DNA of 64,000 nt from Nitrosopumilaceae archaeon (GTDB taxonomy: Archaea; Thermoproteota; Nitrososphaeria; Nitrososphaerales; Nitrosopumilaceae). Within the stretch, counting starts at the first letter, position 1; each line of letters opens with the position of its first letter. Below, piece after piece: positions 31,382 to 42,502 of this stretch. A program made the position numbers and the translations under genes. Under the pieces are notes generated by a model. The model had not been told where the DNA came from. It was given only the letters and a program-made list of their open reading frames with translations, and did not search any database. The stretch is taken from contig CBDATR010000024.1 of assembly GCA_965200155.1 (NCBI GenBank), forward strand, positions 32,001 to 96,000. The letters are read 5' to 3'.

Positions 31382-31996
31382 ATGAAACGCAATCTGGTTA
31401 TAGTGGTCGCCGGGGTGATAGTAGCCATATCTGCCGTTGTATCTGCGCTTAATACTGTAGAGGATATCATGCCCGCGTCGGATCTGGCCATGTCATATGA
31501 GGCATATGATGTTATGAGAGATGATTTGGGTTTGGCTGGAATTACCATGTCGTCTCAAATCACACTACAGAATGACAGAGCAGTGGAGTACTGCTCATTC
31601 TTTGGTGGTTACGTCCCAGAGTACTGCACGTCTACAGAGATGAAGGATGCCACTGGCGCGTTTGTGGGTAATGTACACATGATGGGTACACCACAAAAGC
31701 CGCAAGTGGCCTTGGGTGTGATACAGTCTGATGGAATAATGTCTCAGAGATCATACATGGTGGCAGTAGCCAGTACGATGATAGATACGCTGGTTTGCAA
31801 ATGCTGGCCGGATCTATTGCCGGGAGGTTTTGAGAATGTGCGCCAGTGGGTGGATACCACAATGTCGCTGCACATTGAGGAAGGAACATCTAGCACTATA
31901 TCGCGCATAGACGGGTTGCCGGTCCCAGTCCTTATGGAGGTAATAACAAATGATGCCGGATATGAGTGGAGGGTACAGGTTGGAACCGTATCATGA
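31382..31996 (+). CDS. Secreted or membrane-anchored hypothetical protein
   Basis: MKRNLVIVVAGVIVA signal-like N-terminus; start uncertain. Confidence 0.65.
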   Translation: MKRNLVIVVAGVIVAISAVVSALNTVEDIMPASDLAMSYEAYDVMRDDLGLAGITMSSQITLQNDRAVEYCSFFGGYVPEYCTSTEMKDATGAFVGNVHMMGTPQKPQVALGVIQSDGIMSQRSYMVAVASTMIDTLVCKCWPDLLPGGFENVRQWVDTTMSLHIEEGTSSTISRIDGLPVPVLMEVITNDAGYEWRVQVGTVS

Positions 31997-32844
31997 CATT
32001 GTGGTATATACTCGCCGCAGCCTCTTCCTTGCTAATAGTCTCGGCACTTGTGGTTATGCTGGATGTGCCATCCGTCCTTTCTTATGGATGGGTGCTTCCG
32101 GGCATAGTGGTACTGGCCATCACTGCTAGCGTTCTGGCGTCTATGGTGGGGCTGGGGGGTGGATTGATAATTGTACCTGTTCTGGTATTTGTGGGGTTGC
32201 CGCCACACGTTGCCGCTGCCAACAGCTTGATGGCTACCATGTCCAATGCCGCGGCCGCGTCTTTGGTATACTCTAAGGCTCGCAAGATAGACCATAGACA
32301 CGCGTTACGTCTGGGTATTATGGCATCTCCAGGAAGTGTGCTGGGCGCCCTGGTAACTACAAACACGGATCATGGCCTGTTTGGTATTCTCCTGGCTCTA
32401 GTACTGGTGATAGCTGCTGTATACATTTTTGTGCAGCCTAGAATGACACATCGGCCCATAGAATCGGACAATATGGTCTTGGTATTGACCGCCGTCGCCA
32501 GTGTTGCGGCGGGTCTGGTGTCCTCATATTTTGGGATTGGTGGCGGCGTAGTATTTGTGCCGTATCTTGTAGTGATAGTTGGCATGAGCATGACGCGCGC
32601 GGCGCCCACCTCCATGTTTGCGCTTTTGATAACATCCGTGGTTGGCATAACCACTCATACTATACTGGGTAATGCGGATATTCTGCTGGCATCACTGCTC
32701 TCGGCCGGAGCATTGGTTGGCGGGATGGGTGGGGCACGCTTGGCGGCGTTGGTGAATGAGCGCTACCTGAGAGGTGGTGCCGCGATTGCCATGGTAACCA
32801 TATCCGGGCAGCTATTATGGGATGCAGTGTATGGTGAATTATGA
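31993..32844 (+). CDS. TauE/SafE sulfite-exporter family permease
   Basis: Two G(L/I)GGG..VP motifs; multiple TM helices. Confidence 0.9.
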   Translation: MTLWYILAAASSLLIVSALVVMLDVPSVLSYGWVLPGIVVLAITASVLASMVGLGGGLIIVPVLVFVGLPPHVAAANSLMATMSNAAAASLVYSKARKIDHRHALRLGIMASPGSVLGALVTTNTDHGLFGILLALVLVIAAVYIFVQPRMTHRPIESDNMVLVLTAVASVAAGLVSSYFGIGGGVVFVPYLVVIVGMSMTRAAPTSMFALLITSVVGITTHTILGNADILLASLLSAGALVGGMGGARLAALVNERYLRGGAAIAMVTISGQLLWDAVYGEL

Positions 32845-34608
32845 GCGGGACTCATCTACACAAAAGATGACCTCGCCGGATCTTGTGGCCGCGCCCGATA
32901 CCATGTAATCTAGTACGTGGACAATTTTATGGTCGTCCGGTTCCCTGCCGGACACTGAGCCGGGTAACACAGCAAATACCCTGACATCAGATTTCATAAC
33001 GTCGCTGAGCTCCTGGTTTATGGTTGTAACAAAGGGTCTTAGTGCTCCCCGGAATACCTCTACATGGGCTCTCTGAGAGCCGGATATCTTTTTGCCCTGT
33101 GGCAGATCCGGGCCCACTATAATTACGGACCCCCCAGCTCCGGCAAACTTGCGTGGATCCTTGGCCCCACCGGGAACAAAGTACTCCAAAGCCTGTTGCG
33201 TAACTAATGCTGGTATATTGATGAACTTGGACACCAGTTGATCCCATTGTTGCCGTTCTAGTCCTGTCAATGAATCTGTCTTTGGCAGGGCTCCGGTCAT
33301 GTGCATGACGCATGCTATCTGTCCCAGTTTTGCAGATGCCGTCTGTAGCCATCTCTGCAACTCTTCACTGTTAGATATGTTGGCTGTATGGGAGTGGAAC
33401 TGCCTCACCGGTTCTGCCAACTCCTCCGGGGTTTTATCTGATATTAGCACTACTACCTTGCCGCCACTACTTAGAATGTGTTCGGCCATGTGCACTGCTC
33501 TGTGGGAGTCCTGTATCGTGGTAGGATCAAACGTTATCACCACGCACTTGTCCTTGTAGGATGGTGTGGATGGCGGTGCAGTAGTCCCTACGTGCGGTCT
33601 TACAGGATAGAATACACGATCGCCGGGTATGACCTTACCATTTACTATATCTGATGTGGTGTCCTCGCACAGACTCAGAATTGTGTGGGCAACCTGCGTC
33701 TGGCTTAGAAACTGCTTGTCGGCTATCATGTGTGAAGTATTGCGCTGAACCTTCTCTGCAATAACCTGTATCTTTTCCAGTAGCCTGGCCAGCTTGTCCT
33801 GCGTTATGGAACTGTCGTTCATGTCGGCAGCCGCGGCGACTATGCCTTTTTCTACAACATCATCACTCTCGCCTAACAGCGGCAACAGCATGCCGCTGGC
33901 CTGTTCCACTTGGTGAGGGGTCATATCTTCAAAACCGCCTACCCTCATGAACTCCGCTGCGGCCTTGGGATATACGGTCTTGTATATACGATCCGAGTGT
34001 ACCGGTCCGGGGTTGGTCGCAATGGATGCAATGCCTCTGTCAACAAGATCCCAAGACATGGCTTCGGCCAGGCGATTCTTGGCTCCCTGTGAGGCAGTAT
34101 ATGGACCGCGGAATCTGTAGGGGCGCTGCTCCAGCGGCCTCTCCTCGGTGAAGAATGTTGATATGGTTATTATCTTGCCCCCTTTCTTCATGGATGCCAA
34201 TCCCGCGACCGAGACCCAGAAGGTGCCGCTCAAATGTATGGCCACAGTTCCCGCGAACTCGTCCATGGGCGCGTTGGGGAAACACGTTACCGGGCCGGAT
34301 ACACCGGCGTTATTAATTATGTAATCTACTGTAATATTCTCCTCTCTTAGTGTATGAAACATGTCATTTATGCCTGATTCATCACTAACATCCACGCCAG
34401 CAAATATCCTTACCTGTGCTCCCTGGGCTGCCATCGTTCTCAGATGTGCGGCAGCTTCCTCGAGGGGTTTCTGACGCCTGCCCAGTATTATGACGCTGGC
34501 CCCCTCCTTGATAAACTCGGTAGCTATGGCTTTTCCAATGCCAGTACCGCTACCTGTCACTAGGGCGGTCTTGCCTTCAAACCTCACGGTATTACTCATA
34601 TCATGCAT
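32839..34608 (-). CDS. Two-domain SDR oxidoreductase
   Basis: TGSGTGIG and NNAGVSGP motifs; second degenerate Rossmann domain. Confidence 0.85.
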   Translation of the reverse strand: MHDMSNTVRFEGKTALVTGSGTGIGKAIATEFIKEGASVIILGRRQKPLEEAAAHLRTMAAQGAQVRIFAGVDVSDESGINDMFHTLREENITVDYIINNAGVSGPVTCFPNAPMDEFAGTVAIHLSGTFWVSVAGLASMKKGGKIITISTFFTEERPLEQRPYRFRGPYTASQGAKNRLAEAMSWDLVDRGIASIATNPGPVHSDRIYKTVYPKAAAEFMRVGGFEDMTPHQVEQASGMLLPLLGESDDVVEKGIVAAAADMNDSSITQDKLARLLEKIQVIAEKVQRNTSHMIADKQFLSQTQVAHTILSLCEDTTSDIVNGKVIPGDRVFYPVRPHVGTTAPPSTPSYKDKCVVITFDPTTIQDSHRAVHMAEHILSSGGKVVVLISDKTPEELAEPVRQFHSHTANISNSEELQRWLQTASAKLGQIACVMHMTGALPKTDSLTGLERQQWDQLVSKFINIPALVTQQALEYFVPGGAKDPRKFAGAGGSVIIVGPDLPQGKKISGSQRAHVEVFRGALRPFVTTINQELSDVMKSDVRVFAVLPGSVSGREPDDHKIVHVLDYMVSGAATRSGEVIFCVDESRS

Positions 34609-34992
34609 TATTTATTTTGTATTCCCTTCCGCATCGTAACCGTTTAGGTCGCGCCGAATTGAGGCGCGTTTTCATGGTACAAAATCCGGTAAGCAATAGC
34701 AAACTGGTAGGGAATGGTCCCGGTTGGTACTAACGTATGCTTTGCTGCCTTGCAGTGTATAGCGACCGCCCTAAGTCTCTTGGTAACAAATCATGCACTT
34801 GTGTCACATAATACACGATTTGTGTGTCACAGACTTGTGGAACTCGTTATGGTGGTATAGGACCGGTGACCTTGACGTACCGGTTCCCTCACCCTGCAGC
34901 AGTTTACAACGGGTCTGCTATAGCCACTGTATCACTCCGGTGCCAACTTGCCACAAAATCCGAATAATTTGGAAGTTTGCATGGGGAGAGCA

Positions 34993-35907
34993 TCAGAAGG
35001 CTTTCCATCCCCGGTCATGCAGTATGTTGCCGTCCACATAGACCCCCATTCCTGTACTGACATATCCTATAGTCATGATAGGCGTACCTGTTCTTTCGGC
35101 TATTCTGTTTACGAGTGGTAGTCGCAAGGGATTCACCGTAAACACTATTTCGTACTCCTCTCCGCCATTATACACCAAGTCACGCCAGTCCAGATCATTC
35201 TTGCTGGCAAAAACCTCGATGCCATCGGCGACCGGCGTACGCTTTATGTTCATCGTGACCCCACTAGAGTTGGCCATGGCATTTAGCGTAGTGGAGAGTC
35301 CGTCACTGGAGTCCATGGATGATGTAAAATGGCGGGCACATGCAAGTCCAAATTCCAGTCGGGGGACAGGCCGCATCACCGCGTCAATACCATTAGCCAC
35401 CGAGTATTTTGTATCATTCAGTGACATGTAAAGTCCTGCGGCGCTTAGTCCAAAGGGTCCGCTGACACATATTACGTCACCATTAACAGCTCCACTGCGC
35501 TTGGGCGTCCGGCCGCATATGCCCAGCAGGCATACAGATACGGAGAACTCCTCCCCCCTGTTGGTATCGCCGCCCCGTATGGCAAAGCCAAATTCTGCCG
35601 CGGCATCGGTCAACCCACTTGATACCTGCACCATATCCGCATCACTGTATGACTCAGGCAGAACCACTGATATGATGGCCCATCTGGGCCGTACGCCCTT
35701 GGACGCAAAATCACTGACGCATGCTACCACGCTCTTTCTCGCTGCGTCACAAAGTGTCATGCCCGGCGGTACATCGGTTCCATACACCAACGTGTCTATC
35801 TTTGCAGCCATGGTTATGCCGTCTGTACTTATGAGTTCTATATCATCTGATTCGGCCTCTATGCCAAAGTCCTTCTGAAACATGCGCACTACTTCATTCT
35901 CGTTCAT
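34993..35907 (-). CDS. thiL: Thiamine-monophosphate kinase
   Basis: SDFASKG, GGDT, MDSSDGL, GGEEYE motifs. Confidence 0.92.
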   Translation of the reverse strand: MNENEVVRMFQKDFGIEAESDDIELISTDGITMAAKIDTLVYGTDVPPGMTLCDAARKSVVACVSDFASKGVRPRWAIISVVLPESYSDADMVQVSSGLTDAAAEFGFAIRGGDTNRGEEFSVSVCLLGICGRTPKRSGAVNGDVICVSGPFGLSAAGLYMSLNDTKYSVANGIDAVMRPVPRLEFGLACARHFTSSMDSSDGLSTTLNAMANSSGVTMNIKRTPVADGIEVFASKNDLDWRDLVYNGGEEYEIVFTVNPLRLPLVNRIAERTGTPIMTIGYVSTGMGVYVDGNILHDRGWKAF

Positions 35908-37162
35908 GATTACTAACCATATCTGATATCCATCTAACAATATACTGGGCTCTGTGCATATCGGGAGCTTCCGCAGACACTCTTATCACATCTTCGGTAT
36001 TAGACTCGCGTACCAGTACCCAGCTACTCTCATCCAGCATACCCCATGTGCCGTCTGAGTCATCGGTCTTGCGCGCGACATCTCTTATGCGTCGACCCAG
36101 ATAGTCTATTGTGCCCGTACCTGCATGTATCTTTGTACGTATTATGGAACTGCTAGTGGTCTCGCGCAATACGGATGGCGCGACACCCTCGGCTATGGTG
36201 AGTGCCGCCAGTCCTGCAGCGAGAATACCATCCCGACACCCGTTGAACGTATGCAGTATGAGCCCACCACTGCTACCCTCGCCACCTGTTCCTGTCTTGG
36301 TCCGAATCATCTCTTCTACCACATTTACCTCTCCCACCGGGGAGCGATACACCTCGCCACCCCGACGTTTCACGTATTCTTCCACCAGCATGCTGGTGTC
36401 CCGGCTCAGCACAAAAGTGTCTTCTCCGCGTCTCATCATGGCGGCTATCCCGAGCGCCAAAGTTGCATCCGGAGGCTGTATGGCGCCATTCATTGCCAGT
36501 ACCAACCGGTCACCGTCCATGTCAAATGCTGCACCCATATCATACTTGTGGGATGCTTGCAATAGTTCTTGCAATCCTCCGGTGGTAGGATCAGGACGTG
36601 TGGGTCCCTGAATCACATCCACGCTGCAACCTATGTCCCGAAGTATGGCAGGCGCCGCATGGGCCGCGGCTCCGCCCCCTGCATCTATCAGTACGGATAC
36701 GGGACGGGATATGCTGCAGACTATCTTACAAACGTCCTGTGCGTATGCGGATACGTGATCTGTACGGGTTCCATATGTGTCGGGAATTACTGCACGGGGC
36801 TCCTCCAATATCTTACTCATCTGGGTTTTTGATATGCCGCGCCCGTTCAAGACAAACTTTAAGCCGTTCCACTGCACCGGATTATGTGATGACGTCACCA
36901 CTATTCCTGCCCCAAACTTTTTTGATTCATAAAAGATCTCCGGGGTAGGGCTTATCTTCATGTCCAATACGTTTATGCCCCGAGACATCAAGGCCGCGGA
37001 GGCAGTTCTGGCAATCATGTCCCCTGACTGTCTTGTATCCCTGCCTAGAACACATTTGTTGTGCGGTATTATTGACGCAAAATTCTGACAAAGTTTCAGT
37101 ACTCTCTGCAACGACAGGTCTTTTCCTGCAACTCCTCTAATACCGGAGATTGTAGCTTTCAC
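35894..37162 (-). CDS. Phosphomannomutase/phosphoglucomutase
   Basis: SGIRG, TSSHNP, FDMDGDR, GEGS, VRESNTE motifs. Confidence 0.9.
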   Translation of the reverse strand: MKATISGIRGVAGKDLSLQRVLKLCQNFASIIPHNKCVLGRDTRQSGDMIARTASAALMSRGINVLDMKISPTPEIFYESKKFGAGIVVTSSHNPVQWNGLKFVLNGRGISKTQMSKILEEPRAVIPDTYGTRTDHVSAYAQDVCKIVCSISRPVSVLIDAGGGAAAHAAPAILRDIGCSVDVIQGPTRPDPTTGGLQELLQASHKYDMGAAFDMDGDRLVLAMNGAIQPPDATLALGIAAMMRRGEDTFVLSRDTSMLVEEYVKRRGGEVYRSPVGEVNVVEEMIRTKTGTGGEGSSGGLILHTFNGCRDGILAAGLAALTIAEGVAPSVLRETTSSSIIRTKIHAGTGTIDYLGRRIRDVARKTDDSDGTWGMLDESSWVLVRESNTEDVIRVSAEAPDMHRAQYIVRWISDMVSNHERE

Positions 37163-37180
37163 CGGTTATGATTCAAAAGG

Positions 37181-37192
37181 CTTTTTATAAAC
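37181..37192 (+). promoter_or_regulatory. Putative TATA box of tRNA-Thr (divergent from the mutase gene)
   Basis: CTTTTTATAAAC about 25 bp upstream of the tRNA, preceded by an A-rich BRE-like CAAAAGG. Confidence 0.5.
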
Positions 37193-37214
37193 TCTGACGG
37201 CCAAACATCCCTGT

Positions 37215-37288
37215 GCCTCGGTAGCTCAGCCCGGTAGAGCGAACGCCTCGTAAGCGTTAGGTCGCGGGTTCAAAGCCCGTTCGAGGCT
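37215..37288 (+). tRNA. tRNA-Thr (CGT), intronless
   Basis: Acceptor GCCTCGG/TCGAGGC; anticodon arm AACGC-CTCGTAA-GCGTT; T arm GCGGG-TTCAAAG-CCCGT. Confidence 0.95.
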
Positions 37289-37706
37289 TCCCTATAATGG
37301 CAGTCCGGATGTGTTATACAAGCCACCGGTTCATGTTTTGGGAATCTCCCAAGGCTGCCTACGGTGTCTCTATATCCATCTCTAACTCATCAAGATCTTT
37401 CCACCACACTGGAATCCCGCCCATCGTTGCTATCCTTAGCTGTAGTGGTTTATAGATTGATCCATGATAGTGAATTCCACTCCTCGTACTCCTCTGGATC
37501 ACCGGGAGTGACTTAAACGGCGGAACCGCAACGATTACTGTCGCTATGACTATGCCGTAAAGTGGAAAAACTGTACGGGTTTGCGCGGACTCCTACAACC
37601 TGAATGCTTTCCTGTGATACACACCATGATGGGGTGGGGATTTAAGCGCGCCCCTGCATGGATTGTACTCTGAAGTATGATCTACCTGCGAATGGTTCTG
37701 GGAAGG

Positions 37707-38942
37707 CTATTTGGAGGGCGCCGCCAAGCCGGACTCGGGATTAGACTTTTGTTCCCTCTTGTAATCCATCTTGAGCCAGAGTGGTGTTACTATGGTGGTA
37801 ACTGCGACCATTACTACTATGGTTGAGTATATGTCTGGTGCCAACACCCCGGCAATAACTCCTTCTGCGGCCACAATTAGGCCCACCTCGCCTCTTGATA
37901 TCATGCCAATTCCCACCCTCATACCTCGGGTACGATTTCGCAGAAAAAGTATGGAGGGGAGACCACATCCAATTAGCTTTGTACCTATGGCCACTAATAT
38001 TATGACCCCACTTAACATCAATATGTTTAGATCCACCGATCTGAGATCCACCCCCGCTCCCACTATCGCAAAGAATAGCGGCGCAAAGAGGAGCGCAACC
38101 TTGTCCATATACAACCTTATCTTGCCAACCATTCTTGCAGTGGAGAGTCCCATACCTATGGCAAATGCGCCTACGATGGGGGAGAGTCCAAGTGTGCCAG
38201 CTATTGCAGCTAAAATGAATAGCGCCGCGGTGGCAAATACCTCGAGGCCCCCTTCTGCCTTCCAGAATCTCTGACTTGCCAGACGTGGCATCAGGAAAGC
38301 CGCGGCTACCAGCATGGCTCCAAAGTATCCTAGGGTAGTCAGTATGGTGAACACTACATCCTCTACCGCCAAGTTGTTTACGTCGCCGCCACCAATGGAC
38401 AGTACAACAGAGAGTACAGCTATGGCAAGTATGTCGTCTACCACGGCTGCGCCTATGATCAACCGTGCCTCCGGAGTCTTTAATTTTCCAAACTCGTTTA
38501 ATACTCGTATTGATATTGCAATACTTGTTGCGGTTAGCGCCGTTGCAACAAGCAGGGCTTGGTATGTATCAAATCCGAATGCCTGTAGTACCAGTAACCC
38601 GATAAAGAAAGGAACTACGACTCCCAACGTACCCACTATAAACGAGGCTTTGCCCCCTTTCAGGAATTCCTTGGGTGTCATTTCCAGACCTGCCATGAAT
38701 AGTATAATCAGAGCCCCTATCTTCCCTATGGCAAGCAGTTCTGGTGTTAGCTGAAGAAGGGGAACACCGTCCATGTCGGTCATGAACATGCCTAGCGCAA
38801 AAGGACTAACCACAATACCTGCTACCAGCTCTCCCAGTACAACAGGCAGGTTAAATCGCAGAAACAGCTCACCCATGAGCTTGGCGGCAAGTAATAGTAT
38901 CCCAACCCCTATTATGGTGGGGACTATCTCTGATCCTGCCAT
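37707..38942 (-). CDS. Cation:proton antiporter (CPA2)
   Basis: LFMAGLE, ATSIAI, AVVDD, RGEVGLI motifs; many TM helices. Confidence 0.92.
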   Translation of the reverse strand: MAGSEIVPTIIGVGILLLAAKLMGELFLRFNLPVVLGELVAGIVVSPFALGMFMTDMDGVPLLQLTPELLAIGKIGALIILFMAGLEMTPKEFLKGGKASFIVGTLGVVVPFFIGLLVLQAFGFDTYQALLVATALTATSIAISIRVLNEFGKLKTPEARLIIGAAVVDDILAIAVLSVVLSIGGGDVNNLAVEDVVFTILTTLGYFGAMLVAAAFLMPRLASQRFWKAEGGLEVFATAALFILAAIAGTLGLSPIVGAFAIGMGLSTARMVGKIRLYMDKVALLFAPLFFAIVGAGVDLRSVDLNILMLSGVIILVAIGTKLIGCGLPSILFLRNRTRGMRVGIGMISRGEVGLIVAAEGVIAGVLAPDIYSTIVVMVAVTTIVTPLWLKMDYKREQKSNPESGLAAPSK

Positions 38943-39028
38943 TATTTAAAAACTAGAGTTCCTATATTTGGTGTTTACTAAAAACGTGCGCGTCACCGTA
39001 TGATCATCCCTGCGCACCCTGTTTTTCC

Positions 39029-39120
39029 GTATGAGTTCACGTCTTCCGGAATCTTGTGCACAAATCACATTAACTGTCGCGATCAGTTGTGCGTAAATTT
39101 AGACACAGGTGAACTTATAC
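39029..39120 (+). mobile_element. 92-bp MITE, copy 19
   Basis: TIRs; TSD GTTTTTCC. Confidence 0.95.
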
Positions 39121-39299
39121 GTTTTTCCTTGTTCTGCGTATACGGCGCCTTAGCAATTACCCCGGCAAACTTGTACCAAGACTTAAACGGTTACTAGTCA
39201 TTACAGACTCGAATCATACTCGCTATATGTGACACAAATCCGGGAAAGGCCAAACTTATGCCCATGCCATTCTTGTTTTTCGTGTAAACGCAGGTGATC

Positions 39300-40316
39300 T
39301 CATACAATCGTCCGAGACTTCACACGTACACCCTTCTTCCCTACAATCTGGCCTATGTTGTCTACCGGGATGCGATATTTTTTGAACGCCGATACTACCG
39401 TATCCTCTTCGTCCGGCGGAACTACAATGCATAACCCTATGCCCATATTGAAGGTCTTGTACATCTCCAGGCTATCCACCCCCTGTTCTTCTATAAGGCG
39501 CATTATTGGAGGAACTGTTGGCAGGGCGGTTATCTCAAAACCGACATCGCGCAGGCGAGTAAGTTTTGTAAATGATCCGCCAGTTATATGCGCCAGTCCG
39601 TGTACATCACTTACCTTCAGTATGTCAAGTACTGGCTTGGCATATATCCTTGTGGGTTCAAGGAGGGCCTCCCCTACTCTGCCCACTCCCCTAACATTGT
39701 CATGTATCGAGTATTTTGGAAAAAGCACCTTGCGTGCAAGAGTGTAACCGTTGGAGTGCAAACCGGTACTGTGGGCACCTAGTATGATATCACCTACGCG
39801 TATGTTATTGCCAAGTATGACGCGGTTCTCGTCCACTAATCCGGTCACGGTTCCTGCCAGATCAAACACAAATTCCTGGCTCCGCCCAAACAAATCCGGA
39901 AGTATGGCCGTCTCTCCTCCCACTATGGGGACTCCCGCTTCCCTGGCTCCATGCGCCAATCCTTGCACTATCTGTGTAAATATGTCCGAGTCGTTGCGGT
40001 TTGCAGCTATATAATCCACAAAGGATACGGGTGTTGCCCCCACGCATATTATGTCATTTACATTCATGGCCATACAGTCGATTCCAACTGTGTCGTACCT
40101 GTTCATGGCTCCGGCTATCATAACCTTGGTTCCAACGCCATCTGTATGAGTAGCTAGGAGTGTGCTTCCGTCTATTCTGACGAGCCCAGCGTAGTGACCA
40201 AATCCGTGAATGGTATCTGTGTCTGAATGAGTGGTCTTGATTACATTGCCTATGGAACTTTGGCTGTCCCTTATGGCAGAAACATCCACTCCAGCTTCCT
40301 TGTACGTATCGACCAT
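39300..40316 (-). CDS. purM: Phosphoribosylformylglycinamidine cyclo-ligase
   Basis: YKEAGVD, TDGVGTK, GGETA, GLHSNGYTL, HITGG, TFNMG motifs. Confidence 0.97.
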   Translation of the reverse strand: MVDTYKEAGVDVSAIRDSQSSIGNVIKTTHSDTDTIHGFGHYAGLVRIDGSTLLATHTDGVGTKVMIAGAMNRYDTVGIDCMAMNVNDIICVGATPVSFVDYIAANRNDSDIFTQIVQGLAHGAREAGVPIVGGETAILPDLFGRSQEFVFDLAGTVTGLVDENRVILGNNIRVGDIILGAHSTGLHSNGYTLARKVLFPKYSIHDNVRGVGRVGEALLEPTRIYAKPVLDILKVSDVHGLAHITGGSFTKLTRLRDVGFEITALPTVPPIMRLIEEQGVDSLEMYKTFNMGIGLCIVVPPDEEDTVVSAFKKYRIPVDNIGQIVGKKGVRVKSRTIV

Positions 40317-40586
40317 GTGAAATGGCTTAATCGTGACAAATAAAAGCTAAACACCGGTGCATATTCGGTCATTTCAAGCGAATCGCAACATCACCACGCG
40401 GCTGCTAGCCATGCATTCTATTAAAAAAGTCATAAAACCCGGGTCCAGCTATTGTTTACAGTGACGTCATCGTACATTCATGCGGTTTGCGGACATGTCC
40501 ATGATTGAAATGAGCCCAGATGCTAGCGGCACCGCATAACACATATCCTGACAAGATTAATTTAAAACCAATATGTCCATATTGAA

Positions 40587-41729
40587 ATGTCCAAGATAGT
40601 TGGAATAATTGGGGGCGGGCAGCTGGGCATGATGCTGACCGAGGCAGCCTTGGATATGCCAGATATATCCCGCGTAATAGTTCTTGATCCTACTGATAAC
40701 TGCCCCGCATCTCAGGCTGGTGCTGATCAGATAAAGGCTGATTTTAAAGACAGAGATGCAATAAGACTCCTGGCAAAAAAGTCCGATGTCATAACATATG
40801 AGATAGAGTCCGGTGACAGTGCGGTACTGGAGTCCCTCAGGAATACTGTGGAAATAAGTCCCTCCCCCAAGTCGTTGGGGATAATACAGGACAAGCTCTC
40901 TCAGAAAGAGTTCCTATCCGCACATGATATCTCGGTGCCGGACTTTCTCTCTGTGGCGTCTCCTGAGGATCTGCAAGACGGGCTGGATAAATTTGGATAC
41001 CCCGCCGTCCTCAAGGCGCGGACCGGTGGATATGATGGACGGGGCAACTACACCATACTGGATAAAAAAGACATACCTTTGGCATTGGAATACTTTGGTA
41101 ATGTGCCCCTGATGCTGGAGCGTTTTGTACCATACGTGATGGAGATATCCGTAGTGGTTGCACGAAGCACTACCGGCCAGACTGCATGCTATGCCCCTGC
41201 GGAGAACATTCACGACTCCGGAATATTACATCAGAGCATTTATCCCGCACGAGTCAATCCAGACATAGCTCAGGAGGCAGAACGTGTGGCACTTAGAACC
41301 ATACAGGTATTGGAGGGTGCTGGTGTGTTTGGCATCGAGATGTTTGTACTGGAGGGTCGTGTCATGATAAACGAGATTGCCCCCAGAGTGCACAACTCCG
41401 GGCATCACACATTACAATCATGTCACACAACACAGTTCCAGCAGCATCTGAGGGCCATACTGGGGATGGAACTGGGTAGCACAAGGTCGCGGGGACCGGC
41501 CATCATGTACAACATACTGGGACCGCCCGGCTACACCGGATCATACAATCCCCCAAAAATCAATCACCCACAAGTACATCTCAAAATGTATGGCAAGCGT
41601 ACATCAAAACCTAGAAGAAAGCTGGGCCATCTTAACATACTGGGCAATACGGACCAGACTATAGATGATATCACGGGCATATTGGAATCCATAAAGGATT
41701 ACGCTACCATATCGCCCAAGACTGTATAG
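40587..41729 (+). CDS. purK: N5-carboxyaminoimidazole ribonucleotide synthase
   Basis: GGGQLGMM, GYDGRGN, NEIAPRVHNSGH, YGK...RKLGH motifs. Confidence 0.96.
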   Translation: MSKIVGIIGGGQLGMMLTEAALDMPDISRVIVLDPTDNCPASQAGADQIKADFKDRDAIRLLAKKSDVITYEIESGDSAVLESLRNTVEISPSPKSLGIIQDKLSQKEFLSAHDISVPDFLSVASPEDLQDGLDKFGYPAVLKARTGGYDGRGNYTILDKKDIPLALEYFGNVPLMLERFVPYVMEISVVVARSTTGQTACYAPAENIHDSGILHQSIYPARVNPDIAQEAERVALRTIQVLEGAGVFGIEMFVLEGRVMINEIAPRVHNSGHHTLQSCHTTQFQQHLRAILGMELGSTRSRGPAIMYNILGPPGYTGSYNPPKINHPQVHLKMYGKRTSKPRRKLGHLNILGNTDQTIDDITGILESIKDYATISPKTV

Positions 41730-41857
41730 CCTGTCAACTATTATTTGGTCGCCCATTAAACACACGATTGAGCGCCACACAATGATGAGTTTTGCCCAAA
41801 ATTGTAACATAAGCTCATACTTCAAGTTTTTATCATGTAACATGTGATTTCTTCATA

Positions 41858-42502
41858 ATGGATGTAGCACAGGCCATGAAAGTACTGGAAGTGACTAACA
41901 GATCCACTCCGGATCAAATCAAGGCTGCATACAGGAGGCTTGTACTAAAGTACCACCCGGACAAGAACCACAATGATGGTGTACAGTTCAAAAAGGTTAC
42001 CGAGGCATATCGGACACTTACGGACGAGCCAACCACTGAAAGTCCCAAGACCACTACAAATACCCGTTCCCACTCCACACAGTCTAGGGCAAAGTGGGGC
42101 GCAGGACCCACTGATCGTCCGCCCGAGGAGGATTGGAGTCGGTACACGCAAGAGTATGAGCAGGACGAGAAATGGTGGAAAAAGTACGAGGAAAAGTTTT
42201 GGAAAGAGTACGAGTATCATGTGAGGGGCGGAAACGAGCGTAGCAAAGCGGATGAACCCGAAGAGCAACCCACTCTAAACGTGATGGTGGATCAGAGTCT
42301 GTGTATAGGGTGTTGCAGCTGCGAGACATTGGCCGCAGACGTATTTGAGATCAATCGTGATGCAAAATCTAACCCAAAGTCCAGAGTCAAGAACGCAAAG
42401 GGGGCCGGGGTGAATCTAATCATGAACGCCGCGGAGACGTGTCCTACAAAGGCCATAGTTGTAGATAATGCCCAGACTGGTCAGCGGTTATACCCCCTTT
42501 AG
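41858..42502 (+). CDS. DnaJ-domain/ferredoxin fusion protein
   Basis: J domain with HPD; C-terminal CIGCCSC...CP. Confidence 0.92.
   Translation: MDVAQAMKVLEVTNRSTPDQIKAAYRRLVLKYHPDKNHNDGVQFKKVTEAYRTLTDEPTTESPKTTTNTRSHSTQSRAKWGAGPTDRPPEEDWSRYTQEYEQDEKWWKKYEEKFWKEYEYHVRGGNERSKADEPEEQPTLNVMVDQSLCIGCCSCETLAADVFEINRDAKSNPKSRVKNAKGAGVNLIMNAAETCPTKAIVVDNAQTGQRLYPL

Noticed and set aside
37289-37700. Integrated element downstream of tRNA-Thr
   Set aside because: No integrase and no duplicated tRNA 3' end was seen; only short degenerate sequence.
41858-42502. DnaJ-ferredoxin fusion as a novelty
   Set aside because: This fusion is already described as characteristic of Thaumarchaeota.
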